A stretch of DNA of 61,027 nucleotides, the filler included, from Streblomastix strix (taxonomy: Eukaryota), in NCBI GenBank assembly GCA_008636045.1. It is 4 parts of 4 records of this genome, joined end to end, with 100 filler letters (N's around TTAATTAATTAA, not from the genome) between each part and the next. Parts side by side here need not be neighbours in the genome. Positions count along the whole stretch, not along the records: positions 45,848 to 61,027 come from SNRW01001024.1; 3 more parts are not named here. One strand, written 5' to 3'. The notes beneath the pieces are model-generated. The model ran no database searches and was not told the origin of the DNA. It saw only the letters and a program-made list of their open reading frames with translations. Of the stretch, positions 57,597-61,027 are shown one piece after another. The first letter of the stretch is position 1. Each line of letters starts with the position of its first letter. Position numbers and translations under genes: made by a program.

Positions 57597-60500
57597 ATGA
57601 AGAAAGACATTGATGAGTTTGAATTTCCTTAAATTCAATCAGCTTTGCTAAATCCAACGATGATTTTTGAAAGTTTATCTATTGAGGATTAAACTATGTT
57701 TAACCTACTTGTAAAATATGTTGTAATAAATTAGAAGATCTAATTAATAAGTAATTCATAACAATAAATTGAAAAGGAAGCTTAAATTCTGAGAGTAAAA
57801 AATAAAGAAAGGGTTTATTAAGGTATAATTGATGAATATAGGTCTTTGGAGAATTTCAAAAGAATTAATATTAAATAAGTTAATATTGAAGAGGATATTG
57901 AATGTAAAAAATAAAAGAATGATAGGATGAATTATAATTAATAAATAAACATTTAACATAATTAGTAAGAATTTCATTCCAGTGAAAATGAAAATGAAAA
58001 TGAACTTGAATAGGCAGAATAAAAGTTTGATTAAGGATTAAAGAATATTTCGCATATAAAGGATATGTGGGAGAAAGATAGATTGACACTAGTCATTAAC
58101 TATCCACTTTATTCATATTCTCCATTACAAGTAGTAAAAGAATAGAATTAATTTGCTTCATAATAATAAAATATATTATAATCCTAATATTCAAATATGG
58201 AAAATGAATTTATTATTATTCCATCGCCTTCGTAAGTATCTAGATCTCTAATTCTGAATTTTGTTTAAAAAGAAAGAATTACAAGATTTATAATAAGTGT
58301 TTCAAAAAGAATACAATTGGAAACATAAAGAAGATTGTGGAGGTAAAAAGTTGAGAAATAAAATCAAAGAAGAATAAAAAAAATGAATTTAAATTAAGAA
58401 TTGATCAATTAAAAGAATCTAATAAAAAATGAAAAGAATTCAAATACAAAATCAAAAAGAAAGAAAGAAGATTTGAATTAGAAGGATCCATTATAAATAT
58501 TAGATAATGAAAAATAAGATAATAACAAGTAATAATAATTAGAAAATATAGAAATAAATAATGAAATGATCTCAGATATGAATAAAGATGATGATTTCTT
58601 TGATGATGACACAAAAGAAGAAGATAATGAAGTTTTGAATGAAGAAGATATTTAATAGAAAGAAAATAAATAAAGATTTGATCAAAAAGTGAATATTCAC
58701 AAAGATGAAAGAATAAATAGAAAATATGAATAGAAGGATGGTTTGATAATTGATGATTAAGATTAAGATATTATTGATGAAGATGATAATAATAACAATA
58801 AATATGATTTAGTAGTAAATGATTAATAAGAAATTGATAATGAGAATATGTTTGAAGATATTATTAAATTTTGTTGTAATGATTATTCTGAGGAAGATTT
58901 AATTTAACAATTGTAATAATCTGATGATAGTGACATGAGTATTAAATATTATGAAATGAATAGTATAGGAGATTTGAGTAATAACTCAAATACAAGTAAT
59001 TTCTAATAATAGGATAATTCATTAATTTATAATTAAAACATTAATAATAATTAGAATGAATTCTAATAATTTGGAGAAGGTAATATTAGATAGAATTAAA
59101 AATATTCTAATTTATATAGTAATTCCGGATCCCAATAGTTAATTGGAAATTATATTAATAATAATATAAATAATAATTAAGAAAAAGGAGAAAAATTGAA
59201 TAAATTAAAGAATTAAGAAGAATATTAATCAGAAGAAATTAATTATTTTAATAATCCATCAAACATGAATTAATTTGATCGATTTTGGAGTGTAACCTTT
59301 CCTAGACTATTAAGCAGAATTGAAAATACAGCCGAAATTCCTTAACTCATTAAATTTAAAGATTAAAACAGTGCTAATTAATAACATATGATAACACCTT
59401 CAAATTAATAATAATTGGAATAATCTTTATAATCAAATTCAATTGAGAATTTTAATCAAACTTAAATATCAAATCATTTGAATGAACTTGATAAATCAAT
59501 TAATGTTGATAATAACCATTCATTCATTAATAATAACAGGATTATTCTAAACCCATAAGCTGAATATAGATTTTATATGGCAAAGAAACTGTTAAAATGG
59601 ACAAACGAAGAGAAAGAGAATTATAAATAGTTATATGTCCTATTTCCACATGATTTCCATTTTATTTCAGAATTTATTCATAATAAGACAACATCAGATA
59701 TTGTATTCTTTCATAATAGTTTTAAATATGATTAGTAATTAAAATAAGAATTAAGGAATATGTATGATATATTAGGAATTAATTCAATTGTTGAATATAT
59801 ACCTCCAATTATTCAATTAAGCATTCCTGACAATTATTTTGAATAAAAAGTTGGAAATAAAAATTAGAATAATATTGAATAAATTATTTAAAATGAAAAA
59901 TCTTTAATTAACCAAAATATCTCTTAAATATAATAAAAATAATCTGAAACACCTCTCATTATTGATGCAAATACTTAATAATATTAAAAGCAAAATAGTC
60001 AAACTGATTAAATATCTGATTCAAATTAAATTCTTTCTTCGTAATAATATTCTAATCAAATAAATATTTAATAATCAAATACAAATAATAAGCATGATCT
60101 TGTTTCATAACCTCGTACTTCAGATTAGATTCCTTTAATTGAAAATAGTGAAGAATCACAGAAACAATAGAATTAAAATTAGATGTAAAATATTTAATAA
60201 TCATTAAATTTGCCAATAAACTAAAATTAAATATAAAATATTATAAGTAATTCACTCCTTTCCCCTTCTGGTAATCGTGTTTAATCTCAATCAATGCAAT
60301 AAAAGATATAGAAATTAAAAGAAGAAGAAGAATATCAAGTACTTTCAAATTAGAAAGTACATTAATATTTGTGCTAAAGGCATAATAAACAAATATAATA
60401 CAAGTATCTAATTTCATATCTATTACAAGATGAAAGATTAACTCCATTTGTCAAAAGAACCGTTATTATCCGTCTTCATTAATTATATGGAGATCATTTT

Positions 60501-61027
60501 ACTGATATTGAAAATGAAGGAAAATAATTTATTGGATAAAATGAAGGTTAAACATTTAATTAATATCCAACGTATCATTCAAAATTCCAATAATCGTAAG
60601 CTTTCAAATAGTTTCTTATTAATTCAAATACTCCATATTATTTAAGATTTTCTCCAACATCTAATATTAGAAAACTAAAAAAAATAGAAATAATTGAATA
60701 AATATTAGATCAAGTAGTGTAGGAATTTCGCTAAGCTGGACATCCAGTGGAAGTGCAAGAAGATATTCTTGTTACTATGCATGATCATGAATCAAATATT
60801 ACATAAGGAAAAGATTCTAATGAATTATTTAATACAGTTAGAGGTGATAAAAGAAGAGGAAAGAATAATGGAATTTAGTAAAGAATTATTGCTCCTACAG
60901 TTATAAGGGGAGTTAATTCATCTTTAACTAATGAAAAATCATCAAGAATTTCATTGAAATAGAATTAAATAAGCGATAAAAATGAAGTAAAATAATAAAA
61001 GTAAAATAAATAAAAGAAGAAATCTGA
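57597..61027 (+). CDS. SANT/Myb-domain protein, NCoR/SMRT/Snt1-like (3'-truncated)
   Basis: TAEIPQLI...FINNNRIILNPQAEY...KWTNEEKENYKQLYVLFPHDFHFISEFIHNKTTSDIVFFH (59330-59730) fits the DAD-SANT1 pattern. Confidence 0.75.

Overview
This is very AT-rich eukaryotic DNA in which TAA/TAG read as Gln and only TGA stops, so the supplied standard-code ORF track is largely misleading. The code, the short GT-AG introns and the gene families suggest an oxymonad (Streblomastix-like); that assignment is an inference. The window is four ~15.18 kb contigs joined by artificial N-TTAATTAATTAA-N spacers (1-15183, 15284-30466, 30567-45747, 45848-61027). Contig 1 is almost entirely a decayed endogenous Polinton/Maverick-like virus: pPolB, rve integrase with a DD-D triad, phage-like tail fibre, pVI-like amphipathic protein, major capsid, penton-like protein and A32 ATPase. 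Contig 2 holds a pogo/Tc1 end, a DIRS-like RT/RNase H fragment, two 411-412 bp MITEs with AGTAGT termini, and a second, divergent but partly syntenic virus-like element (two HNH genes, penton-like gene, integrase, fibre, ATPase). Contig 3 holds more viral fragments mixed with DNA transposons plus a large intron-rich helical-repeat host gene. Contig 4 holds three host genes: a P-type II ATPase, a 1835-aa zinc-finger low-complexity protein and an NCoR/Snt1-like SANT protein. All translations were done by eye, so pseudogene boundaries are approximate.
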